Source of the DNA: an uncultured Acidimicrobiaceae bacterium
Lineage (GTDB): Bacteria > Actinomycetota > Acidimicrobiia > Acidimicrobiales > RAAP-2
Direction of reading: 5' to 3'
DNA length: 64,000 bases
NCBI GenBank assembly: GCA_963731065.1
Contig: CAVSUH010000002.1
Span: 36,503 to 100,502, forward strand
Below the pieces are notes generated by a model that did no database searches, was not told the origin of the DNA, and saw only the letters and a list, made by a program, of their open reading frames with translations. Below, one piece after another: positions 1 to 10,050 of this stretch. Each line of letters opens with the position of its first letter. Position 1 is the first letter of the stretch. The position numbers and the translations under genes were made by a program.

Positions 1-1080
1 CAGGACGTGATCTACGTGCGCTTCCGGATCGACGGTGCCCTCAAGGACGTCCTGCGAGCTCCCGAGCGCCATGGGCGTCGGCCTGATCAGCCGCATCAAG
101 ATCATGGCGGAGATCAACATCGTGGAGAAGCGCCGCTCGCAGGACGGCCAGTTCACCACGAACATCGACGGGAAGGACACCGACGTCCGCGTCGCTACCG
201 TCGCCACCATCTGGGGCGAGAAGTGCGTCATGCGAATTCTGGACAAGAACCGTTCGGTGCTCCGCCTCAACGACCTCGGCATGCCGGTCGACACCCACGA
301 GACGTTCTCCAAGCTCGTGCGGGCGCCCTTCGGCATGGTGCTGTGCGCCGGTCCGACCGGGAGCGGCAAGACGACGACTCTGTACGCCACCCTCTCGGAG
401 GTCAGCGACCGCTCCCGCAACGTCATGACGATCGAGGATCCGGTCGAGTTCATCTTCCCGAAGATCAACCAGATCCAGATCAACGAGCAGGCGGGCCTGA
501 CCTTCGCCACCGGGCTGAAGTCGATTCTGCGCCAGGACCCCGACGTGATCCTCGTCGGCGAGATCCGTGACGTCGAGACCGCCCGCATCGCCGTGCAGTC
601 CGCGCTCACGGGGCACTTCGTCCTCTCGTCCCTGCACGGGAACGACTCGGTCTCGGCCCTGCACCGCTTCCTCGACATGGGGATCGAGTCGTTCCTGATC
701 GCCTCGTCGGTCATCGCGATCGTCGGCCAGCGACTGGTGCGGCGCATCTGCCCGTCGTGCAAGACCGCGCTACACGCCGACCAAGGAAGAGCTCGCCTTC
801 TACGAGGAGAGCGGCGGCCCGCCCAAGACGGACTTCGCCATCGGCGCGGGCTGCAACTACTGCGGGCACACCGGCTACCTCGATCGCATCGGCGTCTACG
901 AGCTGCTCCAGATGACGCCGGAGATCAAGCGCCTCATTGTGGGCTGGGCCACCCAGGACGAGCTGCGCCGGCTAGGCGCAGAAGCAGGGCATGCGCTCGC
1001 TGCGCGACGAGGCCATCAATCTGGTCGTCCAGGACACCACGACCATCTCCGAGGTGATCCGCAGCATCTACGCCATGTAG
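1..1080 (+). pseudogene. pilB: GspE/PilB-family type II/IV secretion (type IV pilus assembly) ATPase; 5' end outside window; reading frame broken three times
   Basis: Walker A GPTGSGKTTT, ILVGEIRD Walker B/Asp box, LTGHFVLSSLH His box and tetracysteine CPSCK...CNYCGHTGY are present but spread over three frames. Frame 1 (RFRIDGALKDVL) goes to 2 near 54, 2 to 3 near 770 (after CPSCKT), and 3 to 1 near 975 (RRL|AQKQGMRSLRDEAINLV). Stop TAG 1078-1080. Confidence 0.8.
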
Positions 1081-1126
1081 TTCGGCGACGGGTCGTGCTC
1101 CATCGCTCGCCGGATCCGGCGACGTC

Positions 1127-1666
1127 TCAGCGCTTCGCCAGCTCGCAGAGCTTGGTCACCGTGTTCCAGTTCCTCGTCGTGCTGACCACGCCGAGGCGGC
1201 GCTCCAGGAAGGTGCCGGTGTACTTGGTGTTGGCGTAGCCGTCCGGCGTGTGGACGTAGACCTCCTTGCCGTCGACCACCAGCTCGTCGCGGCCGCTCGG
1301 CGGTAGCTTCAGTGCAGTCAGCGCCGCCTGCGAGGGGACCGTGGCGAGGAACGTCACGTGATGGCGCGCCTTGTCGGCTCCCGCCTTGGCGTAGGGGCTC
1401 GAAGCGCCGACGCGCTCGAGCTCAGCGACGCTCCGCAGGAGCACGGCCGGCGAGTCCCCGAAGTCCTCGGCCAGGCGTTGCTCAATGGCGGAGGCGAGTG
1501 CCGTCTCGCTCTTGGACGCCGCCGAGAAGAGGACGTTCCCGGTCTGGATGTAGGTCGTGACATCGGTGTAGCCCAGGGCCTCGAAGGAAGCCCGCAACTC
1601 GTCCATCGCCAGCCGCCCGTGACCGGCGACGTTCACGCTCCGGAGCAGGGCGACGTAGCGGGGCAC
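1127..1666 (-). CDS. DUF1697 family protein
   Basis: 179-aa ORF. N-terminus MPRYVALLRSVNVAGHGRLAMDELR...TYIQTGNVLF is the DUF1697 signature. Confidence 0.8.
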   Translation of the reverse strand: MPRYVALLRSVNVAGHGRLAMDELRASFEALGYTDVTTYIQTGNVLFSAASKSETALASAIEQRLAEDFGDSPAVLLRSVAELERVGASSPYAKAGADKARHHVTFLATVPSQAALTALKLPPSGRDELVVDGKEVYVHTPDGYANTKYTGTFLERRLGVVSTTRNWNTVTKLCELAKR

Positions 1667-1675
1667 GTGCGCAAC

Positions 1676-2839
1676 CTACCGGGACGCTGGCGGCGGCCCG
1701 TCGGGGGCTGTCCCATCCCGCCCCAGGCAGAAGCGGCCCAGGTCGACCGGCGGGGTCTCGCCCTCGGCCAGGTCGGCCAGGAGCTCGCCGAGCAGCGGGC
1801 CGAACTTGAAGCCGTGCCCGCTGGTGCCGCACCCGACGACGATGCGGCCGACGCGGTCGAGAACGAAGTCGGTGTCGGCGGAGTTGTCGTAGACGCAACG
1901 CTCCATGGCCACCGGCTGCGGGTCGAGCGAGGGGAGGAGGCGCGCCACCGCGTCGGTCAACAATGCGAGCAGTGCCGGGTCGCCGTCCGCCAGCGGCGCC
2001 GGGTCGGCCGGATCGAAGGCGTGGAGGGCCGCACCCGGCGTGTGGTGAGCCACCTTGTAGGTGCCGGTGTGCAGGCCGAGGCCGGGGACCGGCAGGCCGT
2101 AGAGCATGTCGTCCCCCCACTCAATGAAGACCGGAGGGACGACGTCGACGCCGCGTCGTGACGCGAAATAGGCCACCTGGGGGAGGGAGGGGGCGGCTCC
2201 TGCGGTCGTGGCGACGCCGAGGAGCCCGAGCGCGGCCGGCCCGGCGCAGTCGACGACGACGTCTGCCTGCAGGGCGGCTCCGTCGGCGGTCCCCACTGTG
2301 ACGGAATCCGACGATTGGCGCAGGGACGTCACGCGCCGGCCGGTGCTGACCTCGAAGGCACCCGCCTGCTGCAGCGCGCGCAGGCATTCGTCGGCCGCGA
2401 GCACGCCCGAGCCGGGTTCGACCAGCACCATGCCCGATGCGGCGATGCCGGGAAAGCGCCTCGCCGCCGCGCCGGCCGTGAGCTGCTCGACGGGTGCACC
2501 GGCGGCCCCGAGGGCACCGGCGATGGCACGCAGCGACACCTCGTCACCCAACGTCACCTGGCCGGTGACGTGGAGGAGCTGGCGACCGGTGGCGGCCTCG
2601 AGGTCGCGCCAGCCTTGACGGGCCAGCATGGCCATCTCGACGTAGCGCGGCTCGGGGTAACCGAGACGGAAGATGCGGGCGTCGCCCTTGGATCCCGAGC
2701 GCTCGTGGCCGGGCGCCCCGGCCGCCTCGAGGACCAGTACGTTCCAGCCCCGCCGGGTCAGGGCCCAGGCGGCGGAGAGGCCGAGCAGTCCCGCGCCGAC
2801 CACGACGCAACGGCGGTGGTCGGGCACGCCCTCGATCAT
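1676..2839 (-). CDS. FAD-dependent oxidoreductase, DAO/monomeric sarcosine oxidase-like
   Basis: Rossmann FAD motif VVVGAGLLGLSAAWALTRRGWNVLVLE near the N-terminus; length and C-terminal GHGFKFGP motif fit the DAO family. Start taken at Met-36 of the 422-aa ORF; the longer start at 2944 is possible. Confidence 0.75.
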   Translation of the reverse strand: MIEGVPDHRRCVVVGAGLLGLSAAWALTRRGWNVLVLEAAGAPGHERSGSKGDARIFRLGYPEPRYVEMAMLARQGWRDLEAATGRQLLHVTGQVTLGDEVSLRAIAGALGAAGAPVEQLTAGAAARRFPGIAASGMVLVEPGSGVLAADECLRALQQAGAFEVSTGRRVTSLRQSSDSVTVGTADGAALQADVVVDCAGPAALGLLGVATTAGAAPSLPQVAYFASRRGVDVVPPVFIEWGDDMLYGLPVPGLGLHTGTYKVAHHTPGAALHAFDPADPAPLADGDPALLALLTDAVARLLPSLDPQPVAMERCVYDNSADTDFVLDRVGRIVVGCGTSGHGFKFGPLLGELLADLAEGETPPVDLGRFCLGRDGTAPDGPPPASR

Positions 2840-3036
2840 ACGAACGCGCCCTGCCCGGACCTCGTATCGCGGGGACCCGGCAGTACGCTCGGCGGCGGTG
2901 ACCAGTGGGATGGATGTGTCGACGCACCCTGCGGACGACATCATCCCTGGCGATCCGGGCCAGAGCGGCGCTGCCGGGCTGACTGCTGCGCGCGCACGAG
3001 GAGCTCCTCCTCCCGCATGCAGGCCCTGGCGCCGCC

Positions 3037-4933
3037 GTGCGCCCGTTGCGGACGGTGGGCTTCCATCTCCTCGCTCTGGCCTGTTTCACGATTCCCGCCA
3101 TCGTCTTGTGGTGGCAGGTCTGGTCCGGGCACCCTTCCTCGGCGCTGACCTGCGGGTGCGGCGACCCGGCGCAGGAGGTCTGGTTCATGGCCTGGCCGGC
3201 CTGGGCCATCACCCACCTCCACAGCCTGTTCTTCTCGGGCGCCGTCAACGTGCCGCGCGGCGCCAATCTGCTCTCGAACACCTCGGGGCCGCTGGTCGGC
3301 GTCGTCCTGGCTCCGGTGACGTGGCTCTTCGGTCCGGTCACCGCCACCAATGTCGCGCTGACCCTGGCGCCGGCCCTCAGCGCGTGGGCCTGCTTTGCCG
3401 CCATCCGCCCCCTTGTCACCTGGAAGGCGGGGGCCATCCCGGCGGCGCTGGTGTACGGCTACTCGGCGGCCGTCGTCACGTCGCTCACCTTCGGCCACGT
3501 GTCGGTGACGATGCTGGTGATCCCACCTTTCTTGTTCACGACGCTGCACGAGATCGTGATCCGCCAGGAGCACTCGGTCCAACGAGACGGCCTCGTCCTG
3601 GCCGCGCTGCTGGTCGCACAATTCTTCATTTCGCCCGAGATCCTGGTGATGTGCCTGCTGCTGGGCGCCGTCGGGCTCGTGGCGGTGATGGTCGTCGGCT
3701 GGCGCCAGCTGCGCCCGCGCGCCGGTCATGCCCTCCCTGCGCTGGGGATCGCCGCGGGCGTCACCGTCGTTCTTCTGGCGTACCCCGCCTGGTACGGGTT
3801 GTCCGGACCGCAGGCGGTGTCGGGCATGCTCTTCGCGCTGGCGCCGATTTCGGGAGTCCCGCTCTCGGGCCTGCTCGCCCCGGGAGCGTACGGAGCAGCG
3901 GCGAACGAATACCAGCGCTTCGGTGGGTACCTGGGCCGCAACGGGCCGCCACCCGACTACGTCGGCTGGGGCGTGGCCCTGGCCTCGGTGGGAGCCGTGA
4001 TCATCGGCCGCCGCCGCCCGCTCACCTGGCTGCTCCTTCTCCTGGCGGCGGCGACCTTCTGGCTGTCGTTGGGGGCCTACCTCCTCGGCGGGCCGAGCTG
4101 GCTCGGACATCCCTGGCTGCCCTGGCGGGAGCTCTCGACACTGCCGGTCCTCAAGGAGATCCTGCCGGATCAGTTCGTGCCGCTCCTCACCCTGTTCCTG
4201 GCCTTCCTGATCGCCGTCGGGCTCGATGCGCTGTACGTCGCGCACAGGCGGCCCACGTCGTGGCTGACGAGTCACCGAGCCGCGCTGACCGGCGTCGCCA
4301 CTGCCGCGGTCGCCACGGTCGCATTGGTGCCCGTGTTCATGACGTTCGATGCGCCGCTCCGCGTCGTGCAGGTGCGCACGCCGGCCTACCTGCGCCAGGT
4401 GGCCGCGACGCTCCCGCCGAGCCAGGTGCTGCTCACCGTCCCCTTCGCCGTCTCGGGCTCGTCCCAGCCGATGTTGTGGCAGGCCACCGAGGACATGCAC
4501 TTCCGGCTGGCCGGTGCCGCCCTCAAGACGCCTGATGCCCTGGGCGGCCCTGTCGGGTCGGGCCCGCCGGGGTCGGCCCGTCGCATCCTGACCAACCTGA
4601 CCGTTGCCGGGGCGCCCCTGCCCACGGGGACAGCGGCCCAGCTGGCCACCGTGCGACGCGCGCTGGCCGCCTGGCAGGTGGACGAGGTGGTGATCACGGG
4701 CGCCAGTCGTGACCCGGTCTACGCCTCCGGGATTCTTCACCATGGCGCTCGGTGTCGCACCGGCCTTCGTCAACGGCGCCTGGGTGTGGAAGCTGCAACC
4801 CGGAGGGCTCACGACGACCCCGGCCACGGGGAGCTCCCTGTCCCTTTGCCGCGGGTTCGCGGCCGGGCCCGGCGAGCGAGCCGTGCCCCTCTCCATGGCC
4901 GACTGCGTCCTCTTCGCGGCCGGGCGCACCTGA
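3037..4933 (+). pseudogene. Large polytopic membrane protein, GT-C-like topology (family not recognised), one +1 frame break near 4730
   Basis: Many hydrophobic helices with an acidic first-loop motif (GDPAQEVWFMAWPAW), then a soluble C-terminal domain. The frame-1 ORF loses sense after ...ASRDPVYASG and continues as FFTMALGVAPAFVNGAWVWKL... in frame 2 to stop 4931-4933. The rest of the 771-aa ORF is Arg/Pro-rich read-through. A decayed paralog lies at 29412-30702. Confidence 0.6.
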
Positions 4934-5003
4934 GGTTCTGCGGTGGCGGACCGCCGCCTCTTGTCGGGCGCGCGCTTCTCCAGCGCGGCCGTAGGCTAAG
5001 CCC

Positions 5004-5438
5004 GTGCAGCCCATCCTCCATCTGTCGATCCCGGTACGCGACGTCGAGGAGGCACGCGATTTCTACGTGCACACGCTCGGCTGCCAAGCGGCACGCGCCC
5101 GCGCCGGGTTCACCGACGTCTGGTTCTTCGGCATGCAGGTCACGCTGCAGGACCGTCCGGACGAGGTGGCTCCCATGGACGCGGCGGGCTCGCGTCACTT
5201 CGGCGTCACGTTGGGTCGCGACGAGTTCGACGCGACGGTCGCCCGCCTCGACTCGAACGGCATCGAATGGCTGGTCCCGGTCTCGACGGACGACGAGGGG
5301 CAACCCACCGAGCAGACCAAGGCCAAGATCGTCGACCCCAGCGGCAATGTGATTGAGCTCAAGACATACCGCGACGTCGACGCAGCGTTGGAGATCTCGA
5401 CCTACTCGTATCCGGAGGCCTTCGCGCACGGAAACTGA
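5004..5438 (+). CDS. VOC (glyoxalase/bleomycin resistance/dioxygenase) family protein
   Basis: 144-aa ORF with LHLSIPVRDVEEARDFY...HFGV...DPSGNVIELK beta-alpha-beta-beta-beta pattern typical of VOC proteins. Confidence 0.8.
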   Translation: MQPILHLSIPVRDVEEARDFYVHTLGCQAARARAGFTDVWFFGMQVTLQDRPDEVAPMDAAGSRHFGVTLGRDEFDATVARLDSNGIEWLVPVSTDDEGQPTEQTKAKIVDPSGNVIELKTYRDVDAALEISTYSYPEAFAHGN

Positions 5439-5603
5439 CCACCAGCTCTGGCGATAGAGCGACCAAACTCGCGGGGGCGGACGCATGACGGGTCCCACGA
5501 CGAACACGACGCCGGGCTCTGGCAAGTACAGGGCCACCGTTGCACTTCCACGAATAGCAGAACGACATCTTCTATGTCCTCGAAGGACTGTGGAGGGGGG
5601 CAC

Positions 5604-6116
5604 ATGGAGACACGAACCAACACCGAGTTCAACGCTGAGGTAGACACGTATTTGCGAAACAACCACGCCGTGACTCTTTCGACGTCATCGTTTACGGGCC
5701 TCCCTCATGCGAACACCGCGCCGTACGTCAGCGATGACCAACGCCTGTACTTCTTCGTACGGGACGAGTCGATCTTGCTGAGTAATCTCGTCGACAGCCA
5801 CCGTGCCGCCTTCACCGTCGACGAATATGCGCCGCCGTGGCAAAAGCGCCGAGAGTTGCACGGATTCGGCAGCTGCGGCTGTGCCGACGAACTACAGGTC
5901 AGCGGGGCATTAGAGCTCTGCGCCGACCCTGCCCCAGTTCGGATCAGCGGCGCGTCATCGCCTATGACATGCTGGAAGCAGAATGGGTTCGAACGTCTGG
6001 GACCGAGAAACTGCCGAGGTCTACGACGCGACGTACGCCTACGAGTCGGTTCCATCGGTTGTGGACCCGATGGTGGACCTCCTGGCGGAATTCGCGGGCG
6101 GCGGCCCCGCTCTTGA
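5604..6116 (+). CDS. Pyridoxamine 5'-phosphate oxidase-like (FMN-binding split barrel) protein; 3' end uncertain
   Basis: GGAGG Shine-Dalgarno before ATG 5604. AVTLSTSSFTGLPHANTAPYVSDDQRLYFFVRDESILLSNL resembles PNPOx-like N-termini. The ORF overruns the start of the next gene by more than 100 nt, so the true stop, or a frame break, is unresolved. Confidence 0.45.
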   Translation: METRTNTEFNAEVDTYLRNNHAVTLSTSSFTGLPHANTAPYVSDDQRLYFFVRDESILLSNLVDSHRAAFTVDEYAPPWQKRRELHGFGSCGCADELQVSGALELCADPAPVRISGASSPMTCWKQNGFERLGPRNCRGLRRDVRLRVGSIGCGPDGGPPGGIRGRRPRS

Positions 6117-6714
6117 ATTCGCCGTTGGTACTGGGCGCATCGCCCTGCCCCTAAGTGCACGCGGTCTACTGGTGTCTGGCATCGAGCTCTCTCCGCACAT
6201 GGTCGAGCAGCTTCAGAGAAAGCCGGGCGCTGAGGCGATCGCGGTGGTGATCGGCGATATGGCCAAAGAGCGCCTTCCAGGCAGTTTCGAACTGGTCTAC
6301 GTGGTGGCCAACTCGATCATGAACGTCACGACCCAAGAGGAGCAGTTGGGGGTGTGTGCGAACGCAGCGGCCCATCTCGCGCCGGGTGGCCATTTCGTGG
6401 TCGAACTCATCGTCCCCCAGCTCCGCCGAGTGCCGCCCTCCCAGAGCGGCTGGATCTTCAAGATGGATCCCGACCACGTGGGCATCGAGACCTTTGACGA
6501 TGTCGCGAACCAGGTGGCCTGGTCCCACCACTGGAAGGTGATCGACGGTCGCTTCGTCCATCATTCTGCGCCGTACCGATACATCTGGCCCTCGGAGCTG
6601 GTCCTCATGGCGAAGCTGGCGGGCATGGACCTTGAGGCCCGCTGGGGAGACTGGGATCGATCTCCGTTCACGTCGGACAGCGGGAAACAGGTCGCACTCT
6701 TCACAAAGCCATGA
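5983..6714 (+). CDS. Class I SAM-dependent methyltransferase
   Basis: 243-aa ORF. Motif I ALEFAVGTGRIALPLS, acidic loop GIELS, motif IV-like FELVYVVANS. Confidence 0.8.
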   Translation: MGSNVWDRETAEVYDATYAYESVPSVVDPMVDLLAEFAGGGPALEFAVGTGRIALPLSARGLLVSGIELSPHMVEQLQRKPGAEAIAVVIGDMAKERLPGSFELVYVVANSIMNVTTQEEQLGVCANAAAHLAPGGHFVVELIVPQLRRVPPSQSGWIFKMDPDHVGIETFDDVANQVAWSHHWKVIDGRFVHHSAPYRYIWPSELVLMAKLAGMDLEARWGDWDRSPFTSDSGKQVALFTKP

Positions 6715-6904
6715 GGATCACAGGAAGAGGGACCTCTCACAAGACTCCCAGGTTCCACGTCGCACAATCAGACGAACGCCTCCGGCGCGGTATCAATACC
6801 TTGGGATTCGGCTATCTTCCTGCCGAAGCCAGCCGGCATCCGAACTGAGTCTCCTCCAGGCCGATCGGGCTTGGGAGCACTCCCCTTTAGAAAGACGTGT
6901 GTGC

Positions 6905-8140
6905 GTGAGCAAGCCGACTCCGAATCTCGTCGTCGCGGGAAGCATTCTCGCATCTGTTGTCGCGGTCGTAGGGTCAATCGTCGCGGTGCCTGCGGCGGCA
7001 GCCACGTCCCCGGCGTCGAAGCCATCGATCAGCGTGCTCGTTCCTGTATCTGCAGCCACTGCGGCGGGATTCACGAAAGTCCTCACCGCTCCCTCCACCT
7101 CAACGGTCACCGGTGTCACGGGATGCCCCTATGGAGCCCACGAGGAATTCGCGAGCGCATCGGGCAATCTCGGATTGGAGTCTGAGGTGCTGTACTGCGC
7201 ATCAGCGTCAGATTCGAACAAAATCTTGAAGGGTCTTGCATCCGAGGCCAAGGCGCAAGCAGGTCTGCGCCCTCCGAAGAGCCTGGGATCGACAGCCATT
7301 GAGCGAGTGGGGTCGGATTCGAACTACCTCATCGCGTGGCAACGCGGCGCCGCGTTCGAGATCACGAGCCTGTCCACGGACCTGTCCTCGAGTTCGGCGA
7401 CGAGTACCACCACGGGGACCCCGGTTCCGCTCAGCGCGTCCGACAAGCAGGCACTGGCGAAAGCAGCGACAGAGCAGAGCGCGAGATTCAAGAGTGTGAC
7501 GGTTTCCTCGGGCACCACCGGTTCGTCCGCCGACGTGAAGGCGCAGGCTACGGCAAACGCAGTTTCGGTTGCTGCAGGCTGTCCAAAGAATCCCGCCACA
7601 GCGCTGCAGAAGTCGAAGTGGAGCAGCGCGCCGCCCACGATCATCAATCCCGCCAAGACATATTCCGCCACGGTAAAGACCGATGTGGGCACATTCGTCA
7701 TTGCGCTCGATGCAAAGGATGCACCCCAAACCGTCAACAACTTCGTCTTTCTGGCTCAACACAGTTTCTTCGACTGCGTGATCTTCCATCGGGTCATCCC
7801 GGGGTTCGTGGATCAAACGGGAGACCCCACGGGGACGGGGAGCGGCGGCCCGGGGTACACCATCCCCGACGAGCTGCCCGCGAAGGCAGCGAATCCTGCC
7901 GATCAGTACCCGCTCGGATCCGTGGCCATGGCCAACACCGGCCAACCGAATAGCGGCGGCAGCCAGTGGTTCATCATCGCCGGCGCGCAGGGCGAATCGC
8001 TCGCGAATTCGTACTCCTTGTTCGGTCATGTCACCTCGGGGATGAGCGTCGTCGAAAAGATCAATGCCCAAGGAAGCGCCTCAGGAAGTCCTCCCGACGT
8101 CACCCACCGGATGCTCAAGGTCACTATCACATCGTCCTAA
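6905..8140 (+). CDS. Membrane-anchored/secreted peptidyl-prolyl cis-trans isomerase (cyclophilin) with a long N-terminal extension
   Basis: The C-terminal ~170 aa is a cyclophilin domain (FHRVIPGFVDQTGDPTGTGSGGPGY...MANTGQPNSGGSQWFI). The N-terminus has one hydrophobic anchor (LVVAGSILASVVAVVGSIVAVPAAAA) followed by ~250 aa of unrecognised Ser/Thr/Ala-rich sequence. GTG starts at 6899 or 6905. Confidence 0.8.
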   Translation: MSKPTPNLVVAGSILASVVAVVGSIVAVPAAAATSPASKPSISVLVPVSAATAAGFTKVLTAPSTSTVTGVTGCPYGAHEEFASASGNLGLESEVLYCASASDSNKILKGLASEAKAQAGLRPPKSLGSTAIERVGSDSNYLIAWQRGAAFEITSLSTDLSSSSATSTTTGTPVPLSASDKQALAKAATEQSARFKSVTVSSGTTGSSADVKAQATANAVSVAAGCPKNPATALQKSKWSSAPPTIINPAKTYSATVKTDVGTFVIALDAKDAPQTVNNFVFLAQHSFFDCVIFHRVIPGFVDQTGDPTGTGSGGPGYTIPDELPAKAANPADQYPLGSVAMANTGQPNSGGSQWFIIAGAQGESLANSYSLFGHVTSGMSVVEKINAQGSASGSPPDVTHRMLKVTITSS

Positions 8141-8176
8141 GCGCAGCGACAGCCGGACTCGCAAGGTTGTGGCACG

Positions 8177-9724
8177 TCAGCCAGTGCCCCTCCCAACTGC
8201 GAGTTGCCCGTCAGTGACAGTCACGCAGAAATTGATCGCAACGCAGCTCACCCCTGGCAACGGGTAGCCGGTGATCCCAGGGCCTGGTGCTTCGGCCTGT
8301 GCCACGAAGGATCCGACGCCGCTCACCGAGCATTGCCTCCCGGTCGTGCATGTGGCGAACCCGGGGTTGTCCATGCTGCCGTTGGCGGCCAGGGTCCAGG
8401 TCTTGACGCCTCCGGCAGGGTTCGTGGAGGTCAGGGGAGCCCCGCCCTCGACCGCCGCCACACAAAAGGCCGTGGTCGGACACGAGATGCCGCTGACGTT
8501 GTACTGGTTACTGTGCTGCGCAAACGAAGGATGCGGCGTAGGGCCGCCATGCCAAGACGCGGGAGCGAGAGGGTCGGTCGACGTTGCGATCCAGCCGCCC
8601 ACTGTGGCGTCGCCAGATCCACCCGCTACGCAGAGCTCGGGCGATGGGCAGGAGACGGCTTGGAATCCTTCCGGACCCAGACCGATGTAGTCCCACGCCG
8701 AGGATCCGCTCGAGGGAGAACGTGTGACCAGCACGCCCGAGCCCGAGGCGACGGCACAAAACGAGACCGTCGGGCACGAAACCTGTCCGAAAGCGTACTG
8801 GGGTGACGGCGCAACTTCGAGGGTCCAGTGCGCGGCGCTGGGGTCGGTTGTGACAGAGATGCCGTCCGGGGACGACAGCACGCAGAGATCCGGACCCGAA
8901 CACGCAACGAAGGACGACGAGACGCCCGAACTTGGGGGAAATGTCGTCGTCGTGCCGACGACGCTGGCCTGCGGGGAAAAGGGTCCAGCGCTCACGGCCA
9001 CAGCTGGAACAACCACGCCGGGATTCTGCGGTGAGACATCGCCCGCGAAGAGACAGACGCTCTCGCTGGGACACGTGACGTCCGTGGGGTTCAGCCCGAG
9101 ATCGTTCGCCATACTCGACCACGAGACCGCCTGAGAGCCGGGAGCACCAGGGCTCGTGAGCCAACTCGGCGGGGTCGACTCCGGGAAGGCCTCTGCACCG
9201 GCCTTCGCCAATGAGAGCGCAAAGCCAGAGTCCTCCCACGGGGCCGACGTGTCGATCTTCGTGAATCGCTTAGTCCTACCGTTGTACGAGAACTCCCCGG
9301 CGTTGCCTCCGACCAAGAAGAAAGATTTCGTACCCGGTGCGCGCGCCAGCAAGAGGAGGTATGTCTTGCCGGTTTGCAGTTGTGCCTGAACCCCATGACC
9401 AGCTCGAGATCTGGTTGTGCGGGGTTGCAGGACGACGAGTTGCTGGCCCATCGGCCCTCTGAGGACGTCGTGCACCCTGAGGGTCACGAGGGATGCGGGT
9501 TGCGATGCCGGAGCCGACCGGTCGATACCAACTGCTTCCACCTTGGCCACGACCATGACCTGAGTGTTGGCGAGGAGCTGCTGCTCTGATTGATAGGTGG
9601 TCGAGTCCACGACCACTTGGTGCTGCGCCGCATGGCTCGCCGCATGGGCGGACGCCCCGGAGGCCCATGCGGTAACGAGCAAGCAGCCCGCCAGTACCGC
9701 CAACATCTGCCTCCGGTGGGTCAT
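8177..9724 (-). CDS. Secreted protein with seven Cys-x5-6-Cys repeats (probable beta-propeller)
   Basis: GGAGGG SD 7 nt before ATG 9724. Signal peptide MTHRRQMLAVLAGCLLVTAWASGASAHA. The C-terminal ~300 aa carries seven copies of the pattern [VI][ST]C[PS]xxxxC[VA]xxG spaced ~40-50 aa apart. Confidence 0.7.
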   Translation of the reverse strand: MTHRRQMLAVLAGCLLVTAWASGASAHAASHAAQHQVVVDSTTYQSEQQLLANTQVMVVAKVEAVGIDRSAPASQPASLVTLRVHDVLRGPMGQQLVVLQPRTTRSRAGHGVQAQLQTGKTYLLLLARAPGTKSFFLVGGNAGEFSYNGRTKRFTKIDTSAPWEDSGFALSLAKAGAEAFPESTPPSWLTSPGAPGSQAVSWSSMANDLGLNPTDVTCPSESVCLFAGDVSPQNPGVVVPAVAVSAGPFSPQASVVGTTTTFPPSSGVSSSFVACSGPDLCVLSSPDGISVTTDPSAAHWTLEVAPSPQYAFGQVSCPTVSFCAVASGSGVLVTRSPSSGSSAWDYIGLGPEGFQAVSCPSPELCVAGGSGDATVGGWIATSTDPLAPASWHGGPTPHPSFAQHSNQYNVSGISCPTTAFCVAAVEGGAPLTSTNPAGGVKTWTLAANGSMDNPGFATCTTGRQCSVSGVGSFVAQAEAPGPGITGYPLPGVSCVAINFCVTVTDGQLAVGRGTG

Positions 9725-10050
9725 AGCTCGCCCTCCAACGAGGATGGTTCGAAGCGTAGTCATGCAACGACGTTCTCAACGTGGCGAAGGACCGAGGAGT
9801 TGGACTCGGGGGATCCAGAGTCCAGCCCCGCCCGGCTGCTCTCCTGCCGCGAGCCTCCCTCCGGCCCGAGCGCATCGCCTCCGAGATGTACAACGACGCC
9901 AACCGGGAGCAGACCTATTCGGGGCCCTCCCGACGGAGGGCAGATGCGCGTGCTGGCGGATGTGTGGCGCGACTCTCTGCGCGGTGAGTCCACCGACCGG
10001 AGTTTCAGCACGTCCCCGAGGTCGTGAAACCCTGGCGGGCGGCATGACGC

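Noticed and set aside
2941-4929. 662-aa minus-strand ORF antisense to the large membrane protein gene; similar long shadow ORFs at 41..664, 14162..15694, 19753..20535, 21070..22338, 40310..41686, 50056..52170 and 59331..60251
   Set aside because: Their translations are Arg/Pro/Gly/Asp-rich low-complexity strings with no motifs. They lie exactly opposite genes that have clear family signatures. This is the typical stop-codon depletion of high-GC DNA.
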